DNA of 64,000 nucleotides from Folioceros fuciformis (lineage: Eukaryota): the NCBI GenBank assembly GCA_049999805.1, contig JBNGIO010006285.1, positions 1 to 64,000 of the forward strand. Direction: 5' to 3'. Both the position numbers and the translations under genes were made by a program. Below, piece by piece: positions 11,935 to 24,770 of this stretch. The notes beneath the pieces were generated by a model. It did not search any database. It saw nothing but the letters and a program-made list of their open reading frames with translations, and had not been told where the DNA came from. Position 1 is the first letter of the stretch; every line of letters starts with the position of its first letter.

Positions 11935-14568
11935 CTATTCGCGGTGCGAAGTGACGGCCGGTTTCGCCGACATATCGGATGACTGACTACTGTTCGAGTT
12001 CAACCCGCTTAGCAAGTGCAGATCCTCATTTCCATTTTCAGTGGTTGCTGAGTCCGACGAGTCTTTGCCTTTCCTCCTGCGTTTCCGCTTCTTAACAGTG
12101 ATGGCGATGGCCAAGTCGTTTGGGAAGAGAGTTCCCCATACGAAAGCATGCAGACATGTGGACACAAACAGCATTATAACCATGCAGGATGAGATCACAC
12201 TCAGCACAACTGCCATCGCCTGAGTGATAGGATGGGTGTAGTATTTGGAGTATTCGATAGTTGCTATAGAGGCTGCAGTCATGGGGAACGTGTACGCCCA
12301 CCAAGCAATTGAAAATCTGGGGACACAAGAACGGTGACGGTTACCACGAGTATCTGAATCAAGACGAGGCGGAAGTGAGGACAGAAAATTTTGAGCTGGA
12401 AAGAGTTGCGTACCGGAAACCTCGAAAGAAATTTAATCGCACAACCTGTATAGCCAGCCGTTGGCACGGGTTAGGAACAGGCTCAAGCAAAGAAACGAGC
12501 TGACGGAAGTGATTCCAGATGACATCAACAGGCTGCAACTTGCCAGAGATGTGTAGAGGAAGAGTGCCATGAAGTACACAATCTTAGACGTATTGCCAAA
12601 ATCCCCGGTTATCCTCGTCCAAGCCACACTTGCCGTGCTTGGGGCTGCAACAAAGAGGAAGAACACTGGGTGGAGCTCCTTGGGCAGAGCCTCATTCGTT
12701 GGTAGCCTCTGGTATAGAGTCACAAACACCACCAAGTAATGGGCCAGACCCACAGCCCAGAAGAAAGTGGCAGGTTCTTTCCATCCAACCTGAGCACCAA
12801 GCACGGCTCCCACAAAGTTGCCAACGACGGACAAATGCGTGGAAGGGTTTGCTACTTTAGAGAGCTTGCGGTCACCTCCTGACAACCATTGCCCGTATAT
12901 CTTCAGCTCCAAGACAAATATGGGTGCCATGAACACGCACCAAATAGCAGGGTGGATATGGGTTGCAATGTTGTGCGGCAACCCCAAGGTCAGAAACATG
13001 CAGGCAATCCACGGTGCGAAAAAGAAGTTCACTCGCACAGGATGGGAGAACTCCCTCCTCACAGCCTCGAAGTAATAGATAGCCTTGCATAGATAGATAC
13101 AAGATATGAGGACAAGGGTCGTGAGAGCCAAGCACCAGAGAGAGATATTGACGATCACTGGGATTTGTATGAATTCCATGGAGGCACTTGATGCTAGGGT
13201 CTTCCACAAAATTGCCTGGCTGCCAAGCCCCATGGTTATACCAAAACATCCAATGGGAAATCGGAGGAGGAAGGGCCACTGCTGGTCAAGAGGGAGCAGC
13301 AGGTCTTCCGAGTCCTGCACATGATGAGCGGTCACTGTTAGCATAGAAATGCACAGCTCTGGCCAGCCTGACGGGTCCATGTTGCGGAGATAAGAGTGAA
13401 TTCCCTTTGCTTGACTGACTCTCCAGTACAGTTGTCGAAAAAGAAGCGAAAGTGGATGCACTACCTTGAGAACTTCGAACTCAGGTCCTTCCAGAGCATC
13501 GAAGTATCTGCCGGCACTGACATGCGAGGTGATCTCCGGCTCCATGATGCTGGCTTCTGGTCTCTGCGGATTTGGGGGCCTGTCATCGCGGGTAGTCTTG
13601 CCAGATTCTGCTCTCTCCACATGCCGGGACCCTGTCCTGAACATTTTGTAGTCATTTGCTCGTGATTTGGCTTCCCCATGTCCCGGGCCCCTACTGCGAG
13701 CTGTCAACGGATCTGAAAACATGGACACATGTCTGCGCATCACCTCTGAGTGCGAGATTCCCGGAGCTAAGGGCTGCGAGTAGAATTTCCCTCCCTTGGT
13801 TCGCAGCTTGGCAGGGTTGAACATATCCGTGCTGCTGGCATAACTGATAGGCTCCTCCGCAGGATCCCTCCGCCTCTCCGTCCTCTCGATGAATGTCCCA
13901 AACTGCTGCTCGTAATCGAAGTTCACTTTCCTCGCCATCTCCACTTCAACTTCCTCGCTTGACGGCGAAAGACCGGCCCTGGAGGCAGCAGCAGGCGGCC
14001 TGCTGCTTCTCCTGGGAGTCTTGGGAGTCCGAGAATTAGGCTGATTCTCAGGCGCCAGGCCTCCATTCCACACAACCTTACTGTCCGAGGTCGCTCTCCC
14101 CAAAACCGTAGGTTTGTCCGGGCCTGATTGTGTGACGGCAGAGCCGGGAGCTGCGGAGTGCACACCCTGACCCTGGGCCACCAATCCCGGCGATTCCAGC
14201 CTGACCTGCATCCACTCAGCACTTCCAGGCTGCACGTATTGGCTTCCAGCTGCTGCGGCATCAGGCCTCCCCTTCTCCGCTGCTTCCGACGGATCTTCAC
14301 GGGCGTGGTCAATCCCAGACAAGGGCCCTCCTTGCGCGAAAGGATTCACGCCTGAGTACTCGACGACACTGTGAAACGATCGAGGCCGAAACTCGGAGAG
14401 AGAGCGCTTGGGCGAGGGCGAGGGCAGCGACGCCACGGTAGTAGGCACAGCCTGAGAGTCCTCCGCACCGCTCGCCTGCGCCGCAGCTTCCTGCCGACCG
14501 TCCCAACCGTGCTGCCGGACCTCCACCTTCAAAGGCAGCAGCGACGCCGCCGGCCTGTTGCTGCTCAT
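11935..14568 (-). CDS. SLAC1: SLAC1/SLAH-family S-type anion channel; predicted exons 14568-13465, 13314-12544, 12445-12414, 12316-11935
   Basis: WPFLLRFPIGCFG, YFEAVRREFSHPVRVNFFFAPW, KVANPSTHLSVVGNFVGA, LYQRLPTNEALPKELHPVFFLFVAAPS. Splicing restores FLYTSL-VVRLNFFRGFR-FSIAWWAYTFPMT. SLAC1 versus SLAH orthology is unresolved. Confidence 0.93.
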
Positions 14569-14762
14569 CACTCTCTGCAGTGGCAGCCACCTGCTCCAGC
14601 ACGGCCGCCTCCACGCCACTAGTCTGAGAACCGAAACTGCTGCCGCCTACGGAACTTGTGCAGATGCACCAGACACGTGGGCTGGAAAAATTCGGCAGGG
14701 TCGGACAGAACCTTGCAGAAGGACAAGCTCCCGTCGCTGTTGTGCACGCAGATGATCATGAA

Positions 14763-14811
14763 CTTTCCTTTCCTTTCCCTTCCTTTCCCTTCCTTTCCTT
14801 TCCTTTCCTTC
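14763..14811. repeat. (TTTCC/TTCCC)n pyrimidine microsatellite in the 5' region of the anion channel gene
   Basis: Directly visible pentamer run. Confidence 0.85.
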
Positions 14812-16512
14812 CTGCTGCCTGGCAGCCTGTGGAATTGGACGTCTCGAAGCAGGAAGCAGGAAGCAGCGCTGCAGTCTAAGGCCAGAGTCCCAGAGCCGCA
14901 GCAGGGATCGACATCCCAACAGGCAGCCAGGCCTCCAATGGAGCAAAACACAGCTCCGATGGAAGACAAGGAAGCCGAAGAAACAGGCCGGCGCCGGGAC
15001 TATGCGCAGTTCAATGCAATGCAAAGCAAATGGAAATGCAACCAATCAGACACAGGCCCTGGACTCAAGCCAGCGGCAGCAGGAGAAGAGCGCAATGCGC
15101 ATCGAAGACCTCTCCCACACGCAAGCGACACTGTCGCAGCAGCCTGCCTGCCATTTGTTTAGCGCGGCACAATTCGCTGCCGAAGCAAACGAACCGCAGC
15201 GAAACGGCCACGGCGGCTGCTTCCTCGACAGCGGAGCTCCGGCGTTTAAAGTCGCCGAGTGCTTCCCCCCGGTTGCTACATATTATGCGTTTCTCCCGTG
15301 TGGCTCCCGGCCCGGCACATGGTGGTGAAGAGTCCGTGGGTTTAGGCTGTGCTTTTGTCGCGGCTCTACGGGTGGTATGTAGGTCATAGAATATCATAAG
15401 CCGTAAACGGATTTGTAGGGCGCGGGTGTGGACCAGGTGCAGAAGGTCGTGTGCTGCCAAGATGCCGGAGTGCGGCAAGCGATGTGGGAACATGGAAGCC
15501 TGGAATTGGGGTTTGGGCTTTGGCGCCGTCCGGAACGTTGTCAGCCTGGAGACACCTGAATTCCTGCTCTCAAAACTCTGGCTTCATCAGTATGCGCTGC
15601 CGGTCCGGACCCGCGGGCCTCACCTCACACTTTTGGCTGGGCAGCAGAGAACAATGTACAGAACATGAAGGACTACTGCTACGTGCTACCCCCACCACCT
15701 CCCTCTCGCCGGACACCGGAGACGGAGCCAGACGCACTATTGTGGACATGGCATCCGTTCCCGTGATCGCATTTAACGTTCGATGAGGACACACAACACC
15801 TGACATTGCACGTGGCGCAACTGCTAGGGGGGATGTCGCCATCCGCCACGTCACGCTTGGTTTCAGCCACTAGCAAGAGAACGCCTGTCCGCCAGCCTGC
15901 GCTGTATGTATACATACATTCTTTACAGACATGTAAGTATGTATGTATGTACTGTACATATGTAGTGTAGATGGATGTCCCAACATGTTTGACTTGATTG
16001 ATTGGAAACAGCCGGCCAAGGAGGACGGTCGGTGAGGAATATCCGCTGTCCACGCCGGAAACTTGCCTCGCATCGCTGCGCAAGGAGAGGAGAAATGTTT
16101 TGTTCAAGTTGACCCAAGCCAAAAGCTAAAAGCGCACACACATGCTGCTGGCATCACAAGTCATCAGAGAAAAGGAATTGTGGACATAAGGTAGAGCGAG
16201 AAAGGGGAGCAACAGCTTCATTAAAGATATCAGTGTTGGCTTGAACCCGTTGAAGGGGAACGACCAAAGGGGCCCACGGTCGCGCCCATGACCAGGCTCC
16301 CAAACAGCCTGACTTCCGGGCTTCTTCTCCGTTGCACCGTATCCCTTGATGCAGCCGGACAGTCATGAAAATACACTGAAGAAGCGAGCCGTACGACACA
16401 AATCTCAGACTACGGATGGGGTGGAGGACTATGACCGGGCCTGAATGGGGGTGTCGCACCTGGGCCCAGAGTACTTCCAAGACGCGTAGACTCAGATGAA
16501 GCTTTTTGTGGG

Positions 16513-19500
16513 TCAAGTCTGGACCCGTGACGATTGTGCAGCTTTCAGGTTTTCTATCAGGCCAGAGATGGTGGACTCCAGAGTAACGAGTCGCAAATCC
16601 ATGTCTGTAAGGGCTCTGTCAACCGAGCCTTTACTATGTTCCTGCTAGTACATCCAGTTACATATAAGTAACATCTACGAATGCACAAGTGCATGGCAAG
16701 GGGGAGTCAGGAGAAAGAAACAACAAGATACCAGGGCTCGAGTAGCCACTTCCTCTATGTACGGTGTGGAGGGCTCGGCAGTCCTCGTGCACTCTAGCGA
16801 TTTCAGTCTGCTTTCGTGGACTCGAAGGATGCCCGAAGTAGTCATCTTTTGGTGGTGTGCCACATGGAACACTTTCTGCACAAACCAAATCAACCCTCAG
16901 GCTTTCATAACATGCCCATAACACTCTTGGACGATCCTGGATGGCATGACGTACCTCAATCAAGGGAGTTGAAAGAGTTTGCTTTAACGTGGCAAACGCT
17001 GCATTGGAATCCAATATATGTTCCTCCACTGAGAAAAGTGGGGGTTCAGAGGCAAGTTCTTGTATAGCTTCAACATCTCGCTGCAGCATTTCGAACAGAA
17101 ACGAAAAGGCTGCCATCGCTCAGGCGCTATTTGGCACAGATTAAGCTCAAACTTCCGCACGACATAAAAGAAACGTTGGACGTGTGGTTACCATTTGGGA
17201 AGACGGTTCCTCATGTATGTCCTCCAGTTCCTTTGCGACAGGAGGCTTCTTCTTCGTCCTTGCAAATGCTAACTCGGCTACCTCCTCATCCATGCCTTCC
17301 TCAAACTGCACAGACAACCAAAGAGATGGCAGATTGCATAGAATTGGCCAAGCTACGACCAGGAGAACTTACGAATCTGATCCTCAGATGGCCCATCAGC
17401 TTACAGGCATGCTTCTGCTTGTTACTCCGGAGCTCAGCTGTTCATCAAGCTTGTGGCTCAGTCGGTTAATGGCAGTCACCAGCTTCTCCACAGGAATGAC
17501 TTTCTGAAGATGTACACATAGGCCATGAGTGCTTGGATCTTTGACATGTTGTTGCACAAGGCACAAACCATGCTGCAGCATTTTGAAGCAAGGCATGTTA
17601 GGGAATCAACTGAGGGGGAGTTCTGATGCTGGAACAAGTTCATACAGTGCATTCTATCTTATCATCGGAAATCTGACAATGCATATGCTTTTCTGCATAT
17701 TGACGGGGTCTCTTCCGAGGTTGTGGCTTTTCCAGAATCCACTGCTGACCAGAAAGCTGAGCTCGCTGTATATCCTCTAGTAATGGTTTCGCAATATCAA
17801 GCACCCGTCCTTGCCCATCCTTTGTTGCTCTTTTAGAAAGAGGGTTACCGAACAGGAAGACCTGTGCAACACTGAAGTCAGCTCAACCCATTTTATGATG
17901 AAGTGCAGGTCACAAAGAACGAACTAAACCTTGTCCAGCTTGACCAAATGTTTCAATGGAGCTAACTCGTCAGTTCCCACAATGTTGTTGTACGACAGGT
18001 TCAAAAACACCAACCGAATGAAAGATTGCCTGCCAACCTGAACAAGGCTGAACACCCTGAGTTCACTGTAACTGCACCCCTTTCAAGGCCCGTCATTAAT
18101 CATCCAACCCTTCAAACGTAATACAACTCACGGTCATGAGCAGGTAGTTATGGCAGTTTCACCTCAGGAGGAACACATGTAATATGATTATGTGACATAA
18201 CCAACTTCTCCAAAGTCGAGATCTGTACAGCAAAACAATCCACCCTGTAAGAGCTGGATGAAAACATTTTCTGATTGTCTTCCTAGCGACCATCCTTCAG
18301 ACAATTTAAGTTTGGACCACTTAAAGTGGTTGAGGCTCAAATCATACCGTTACATAGTATACTACGAACCTTGCTCAAGATGCTCAGACTCGAGGATTCA
18401 AGCTTGTTCCCTGCTAAGCTAAGTCTCTGCAGGATGGGAAATGCTCCTCGCTCACCGACTATGGCAGGTATGTCTTTGACGCAGTTGTGGTCAACATTTA
18501 ACCTGCGAAGTGCGGGTAGTCCAGCAAGGTCTGCCAAGGCTGACGATCCCAGATTGTTGAACGAAAGATCTAGTACCTGACAACTTTTAGAATCAGATTC
18601 AGCGGTTCTGTGGGGCAAAGAAATTGCAAATATGGAGAGGAAGAATTTGAACACCTCAAGACAGAAGAAGGTTCCAGGTAAGATGTTCAATGTTGAAATC
18701 TGGTTGCATTGTAAGCATAATTTCCTCATCGACATTGCAGATGCCACTGAATCCTGCATCATTCATGCAAACCCCATTTTGTAGAGGCCAACACCAACAT
18801 CTGGCGGCAATGTAAAGGTAGGAATGAAGGACAGTTTGCAATTCACCGATCTCAGTGCAAGAAGCGCAAGCAGTCAATGCACAACCCTTACAATGTACCA
18901 TGGGTACGCGGTTATCGGTCAAATCGATGAAGCGGAGGCTAGTGAACTTAAGTAAGTCACTCGCCACGACTTTGTCGATCTTCATAGCATGAAGCTTGAT
19001 GCACTTCAGATTCTTGGGCACCTTCACTCCACCAACTCGGCACTGCACCGTGAAATGCCCACGTCAGACTGATGTTTGTAACTGTATCATAAGTGCTACC
19101 GAGAAAGTACGAGGCCATGACATACAACTTGGTGAAATAATTTACAAGTAAGTACGTGTCGAGAATGAGGCCAGGTGCTGTATGAGTTGGATCTGGAGTG
19201 GCATATCTTGAACGAATGTGCCTGACTTTCTGGGCTTGTTTCGATCTTGGCTTCTTTACCCACTTGAAGATAGTCCTGGTTGCTGACTTCTTCAGCAATG
19301 TTCCGATTTTAAGCATTACCTTGCCTTCACAGACGAAGTTGCATGCCGAAGGTTTCGTTCCTGATTTGGCCCGCTTTTTAAACTTGGATCGCAGCAGTAT
19401 CCTGGAGTCCCTGGCCTTGCTGAAATGCTTCAGATCAAGCCCGCCGGTTTCCTTCTCCAGCTCCCGGTCGGTCATAGCCTGAGCAAACTTGGGCTTCAGT

Positions 19501-20816
19501 TTCAGTTTCTGAGGGTGCAGCGATAGGGAAGCTTCGCCCAACTTTTGGGCCCTTGCCATTGAATCTGGAAATTTCCAAAGACATCCTTGTAACCGATAAA
19601 GAACATCCCTTGCGTGCACCACGAACTCTGCGTCACCCACGGGCTTGCTCGACACTGATTGTCCAGACGGTTGGGCAGTTTTCTGAGCACCGTCAGCACG
19701 TCCAGGGATTGGGCCGGTAGTCTCCTGAGTCAGAGGACTGACAACCACGACAGGGGGTCTCGCAGGCACGGCAGGGGCAGTGACAGCAACAGCAGGTAAG
19801 CTTCTGGTAACAGACTCAGGACCTCCAAGGTTGGAATCAGGATCCAGCTCCCGCACCGACTGCTTGCCCTGAGCATGACGCTCAATGATATAATCTACCT
19901 GCTCGAGCAAAGCTTCCTCAGTGGGAGCCTCAGTCCCACCGACTCCCTCGCTCGGGTCCCTAATGTACCTATCTTCTCTCTCCTTCTCCTTGGATTGCAC
20001 CCCTCTATACTGGCCAAAGGGTACTCCAGTTAAGCTTGGCATCTTCTTGTTCACAACCTTCGGTCGCTGTATTCCCAGAACAGACGACTTGCTGGAAGCT
20101 GCAGGCGCTAAATGCAAGGTCCTCAGCTCATCAATGCCTGCAAGACTTGCCTTGGGACGACCATCCCGAGCGTTCATGGTAATCGAGCTCCCGGAAGCTG
20201 CTAGCTCATTATCAGCTCTCGTCCGACCTTGATCACTGGCAGCCCCTCTTGCTCTGTAGGTCCGAACGGCTCTCTCGGCAGACCTCCCCTGCCTACTCTT
20301 TCCTCCGGTGGATGCCTGTCGGCTCCCTTCGTCGGAGGAAAAGAAGCTCCTTCGAGTTTCCAGAGCAGAAGGCATGCTAGACCAAGGGGACAAGGTCTTC
20401 GAGCGCTCGTCGTGCAACCTCTCCCGCTTCTCTGCCATTCCCTCAAACATAGCATTGATCGGGATAGGTCCAGTATGACCTCTCAAACTCGGAGACGACC
20501 GCGAAGCTTGACTAGGTCCTACCGATATGGATTTCCCTCTCGTCAGCACAGCCGCCAGCTTATCCGACGCTTTAAGTGGAGCAGGACTCCTCAAATGTTG
20601 CAAATTCTCACGCATTTCCCTCAGGACCACCTCCTCGTCCTCCTCCGCCTTCTGCTCTGCGTCAGCATCCATCGCAATCGCACTTAAGCTGCCGTCTCGC
20701 TCTTGCTCAACATCCATCGCCTCCATTTCTACGGAGTCCATGCTGCCAACGTCATCCAGATCCAAATCCTCCTCCTCCTCTCCTCCAGCAATTTCAAGAT
20801 CTTCCGGTGGATCCAT
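16513..20816 (-). CDS. XRRA1: XRRA1-like leucine-rich repeat protein with a long disordered N-terminus, multi-exon
   Basis: Large first exon from ATG 20816. LRR exons FTSLRFIDLTDNRV, LCLQCNQI, LDLSFNNLGSSALADLAGLPALRRLNVDHN, FPILQRLSLAGNKL, LVFLNLSYNNI, VFLFGNPL. Late motif AFATLKQTLSTPL. Last exon QEHSKGSVDRALTDMDLRLVTLESTI..QT-TGA at 16515-16513. The LRR call is firm; XRRA1 identity is by recalled similarity. Confidence 0.7.
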
Positions 20817-21499
20817 GGCGGATTGAAAGCTCAAATCTCAAACGAAGCTTGCCCTACCAAACTTGCAGCTCAAGCGGCTTCTCTCAAAAGCAAGATTAAC
20901 CAGCATCCATCACGAGGCGTGGGAGCAGCAACTCTTCTAGCCTGCCGAACTCAGCACACTGTACACTCCAGTTCTCCACCAAAGTGAGAAAATCTTCCAT
21001 ACCAGCAGCGACGTCCTCTCTGCGCACCGATCCGAGGAGCTCCAGGCCTGGGAACAAACAACTTTGCCCAAGAAGGAATCGAGCACAAGGAACACACCGG
21101 GATCGGTTTGTCCATTGCAAATTCCTGTGCTCAACAGCAATTTGCCATGCACCGACCGACCTCGGCGAGCCGCAATCGTCCTGCTGCTCCGTCTGCACAC
21201 AAACAAGATCCCGCCACGGCGGTGAACGCCGCGCAGAAGCAGCGTCAAGAGGAGAGATCTGGAGGGCCATTTTCCGAAGCTGCCCCGAACCTGATCCCCG
21301 ACCTGCGCCTCGGCAATTGAGTCCTTTCTCCAGTTGGCAGGCCCTGGTGGCGCCAACTGAAGCTACGTGTCCGCCATGCTCAGCGGAGGGAACTGGTGTC
21401 GTCCTAACTTGGACGCCATGGCGAGCTTCAAGAAGCGTGGGGATCGAGCACCGCAGGTGAAGGCAAAGCGAATCAAGGGAAGGAAAGAGAAGCAGCAAA

Positions 21500-22680
21500 A
21501 TGATCTCCAGCGCCGATCAACCGGGGCCGATACCTACCGGACCGGAGGATGTCCCGGGGAAACCTAAGACGATGACCACATCGCTCTTAGATGCAGCAGC
21601 GCACGCAATGCAGACGCTGACTCCGATCAAACAGTTTCAGCAGGTAGTGCACTTTCTCCTGAGTTCTTTCTGGTTCGGAGAGTTGCTCATCTTCCGATTC
21701 CATTGAGCTGACTTGAATTCAATCTATTGGACGTCCAGCATGTTTGCACCTGGGCAATTTTCTCTCACGATATGGGAAGGCAGATAGAGACGCATCACTA
21801 CTGTACTCGTTTGAACGAAGATTTCGTGCAATGTGCTGTTTACGACTCAGATCAGTCGGACGCTCGCCTCATAGGTAACGGGAACTTGTTTCTCCATGCT
21901 CATACAAATGCGAGATTTCAACTCAAAGGACAGTGTACTGGCAAGGACCTTTGCGTGACTTGACCCTTTGCAACACCCAGGCGTGGAGTATGTTATTTCG
22001 GATAAGCTGTTTGATGGCTTGCCAGACGAGGAGAAGAAGCTGTGGCATTCCCATGCATACGAGGTGACCGACCCAGCCTCCATTTGCATTTCTCTGGCAG
22101 CTTCAGACCCATCCAACCTTCCCTTATTGAGTAATTTAGTTGTGTTGAATTTGGTTGCCCTGATTCCAGATTAAGGCTGGCCTCTGGGTGAACCCCGGCG
22201 TACCAGAGATTATCCAGCAGCAGGAGTTGAAGAGCCTGGTTAAGACTTACGGCAAGTTTTGGTGCACCTGGCAGTTTGATAGGGGTACGGTTTACTACCC
22301 GCCTGTTTTTGCCGGAATCACAAGATGACAAGCCTTGCACTAAACCTGACCACGGCGCGTGGTCTGTGTCAGGCGACAGACTCCCCTTAGGAGTTCCCGC
22401 TCTGATGATGTCCCCTCAGCCAGAGAGCGGGAGCCAAATTCCAGCCGAGCAAGTGAAAAAGCGGGACGAGAAATACAAGATCGAGAGCCAGGACATATCA
22501 AAGAGCCGGGCGTCTCTTGCGGCACCTGAGCACGTTCATCCTCTGGCAGACTACTGGAGGAGGACCGGGAAAGGCTGGGCTGTTGAGCTGAAAGAAGTGG
22601 ATATGGCACTTCCCGCTGGTAGTCCTCTTTCTCACCTTCGCTCGGGGAGGGAGCAAGGGGGATCACAAGCTCAACTGTAG
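21500..22680 (+). CDS. OBAP2: Oil body-associated protein 2-like (DUF1264), 5 exons
   Basis: [110 protein letters not shown], with GT-AG introns between the pieces. Confidence 0.92.
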
Positions 22681-23589
22681 GTGCAGCTGTTTGTCCTCAC
22701 TTCCTGAGTTGGCAGTGACAAGTGTCTCGGTCAGAGGACAGGCATGGTCCACCTAGTAACACCGCAGCTACACCGCCTACGTAAATAAACGCTTACCTTG
22801 CATGCTACGCCATGTAGTTTTGACACCCGATACTGTGGGTGCTGGTCCACTAGGCCTGTAGAGGTAGATCTCTCTTCTTTGATAAATTTCTCATCAATGT
22901 AATTTATGCTCTGCGTCTTCTCAATGAAAAGTAATAGTGCTACATGCCACTTTAGGGACGAGAAACAAGACAGAACTGGAGGAAAGTCGAACATGGAGCA
23001 CTATTACCATTTGAAAACGGGAGGAAAGTCGCATTTCATTGGCTTGATTGTAGTTTCACAACCGTTTTTGGGACCGAAGACAATCTGCTTTGCCGGTGCG
23101 TAATAGACTATGTGCTAACATAAAGCCACCTGCACTTTTCGTACTCTGCAAACGTCCCATGGAATGCTTTCACATGACAAAAGAATGGGGTCGACACCAT
23201 AAAGTCACAACACATTGTAAACGAAACTAGCTCCAACCTGCTACAATACGCAAGAGCTGCAGGGCTTTTAGCCCAACTGATTGTGGTCAATGGGCAGGCC
23301 GGTCGAAGGTAGATGAAGGGGCACACCAGCCGATCAACTCAACTTCAACATAGCTAGCAGAATCACAACTCTTGACTTCCGCAGCAGTAAGTCACATCCC
23401 AGAATGATTGTGTCAAGGCCAACACTCACTCTTACATATCCTGGGGATTCCTACAGACTGACTCTCAGCTTCAGAAAGCCAGTCTAGCAGAAATGACGAA
23501 CCCATAAGGGCTACAGAGTGTGTACAGCCATCGCAAGACTGCTCACTTCACCACCCTCATGAACAGACCCTCCCACGGGCATCCACAGA

Positions 23590-24060
23590 TTTTCAGGATA
23601 TCCGATAGTATACATTGGTATCATACATTTGCATGGTATACATTATACACCCTTCCGAAGATCTACAGGACCGAAGTTCGTGCATCCATATCCCGCAATC
23701 ATGGCAATCGATGCGCCCACATTCCTCACGGGCAGTTCGTCCAAGACAGCAAGAGCATCTCCGAGGCTGTGGCCCGTAACACAAATGTCCACCAAAGCAC
23801 TCCCGATGTACACATAACATTCCACTCCCCCTCTTCAGAATCTTTTCAGGGATTCCCGGTCCCCACCCTCTATGCTGCCACCAGCCTCTAGAATGCACAC
23901 AAAAGTGAAACCATTAGCCAGAATGTTGCCATCCTCCTGCATCACCTTGTACAGGTCGAGACCCTCCCGATCGAGCCCTTCCTGAGAAAACCCTGCAACT
24001 AATGCTCTCCATGTCACCTGACACCCATTCAGCCTCCCTCAAGGGTTGGCATCTCCTTCC
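23590..24060 (-). pseudogene. Degenerate PLS-PPR gene fragment
   Basis: TWRALVAGFSQEG..EGLDLYKVMQEDG..NGFTFVCILEA and YIGSALVDI..GHSLGDALAVLDELPVRNV..AMIAGY, broken by stops and frameshifts. Confidence 0.75.
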
Positions 24061-24109
24061 AAACTCATGTAGGGGCACAGATAATCCCCACATAACCAAC
24101 AACTATCAA

Positions 24110-24770
24110 ACGCTGATCCAGGTCCTTGACAGTCACAAGCGACGTGTTGCCCAGGTTGAATATTCGGAACTGACCTGCTCCCTCTATCTGACCACCAGAT
24201 CCTGTACGTTTCTCCGCTGTATGCAAAGAAGCAATGCACCCCTTGACAATCTCATCAATGTACGTGGAGTCCCGTATCAGGTCCTTCTTCTCTTACCCTT
24301 CGTAGATCGAGACGGGAGTGCCACTCAGAATACCCCTGGTGAAAACAAAGTTTGCCATTTCACGACGGCTCCAAGGCCGTTACACCGTGAAGAAGCGCAG
24401 TCCAGTTGCTGAGAGACGGTAGATGTATTCGCTATCTTATCCCCAACTTTCTTGGTAGCAGCGTGCAGACTGGCTGGCCGGTCCGTGCGATAAGGAGGTC
24501 TTGGGGTTGAGACCGTCACCAGTGGAACCGGACGACGGCCACACGATAGCTGGCTGGGGATTTTTCGACTTGCAGGCCGCTATGTTGCTGTGCACATACG
24601 ATGTGGGGTTCTCCATAGCATACCTCACACCTGCCTGAGCTGCCAGATGCATCACACGCGTGGACGGAACCAGCTCAAACAACTTATCCCGAAGCTCTGC
24701 ATCAAGACTTCCATCACAAACACCCCAGCCTCACTCAGGTCCTCTTGCCTAGCAATAGCAGCGAGGGATC
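24110..24770 (-). pseudogene. GAE: UDP-glucuronate 4-epimerase (GAE) pseudogene fragment
   Basis: [83 protein letters not shown] and FRIFNLGNTS..VTVKDL, spread over several frames with deletions. Confidence 0.85.

Noticed and set aside
14650-16500. Many overlapping 100-170 aa ORFs
   Set aside because: No recognisable domain; consistent with GC-rich UTR or promoter DNA between two genes.
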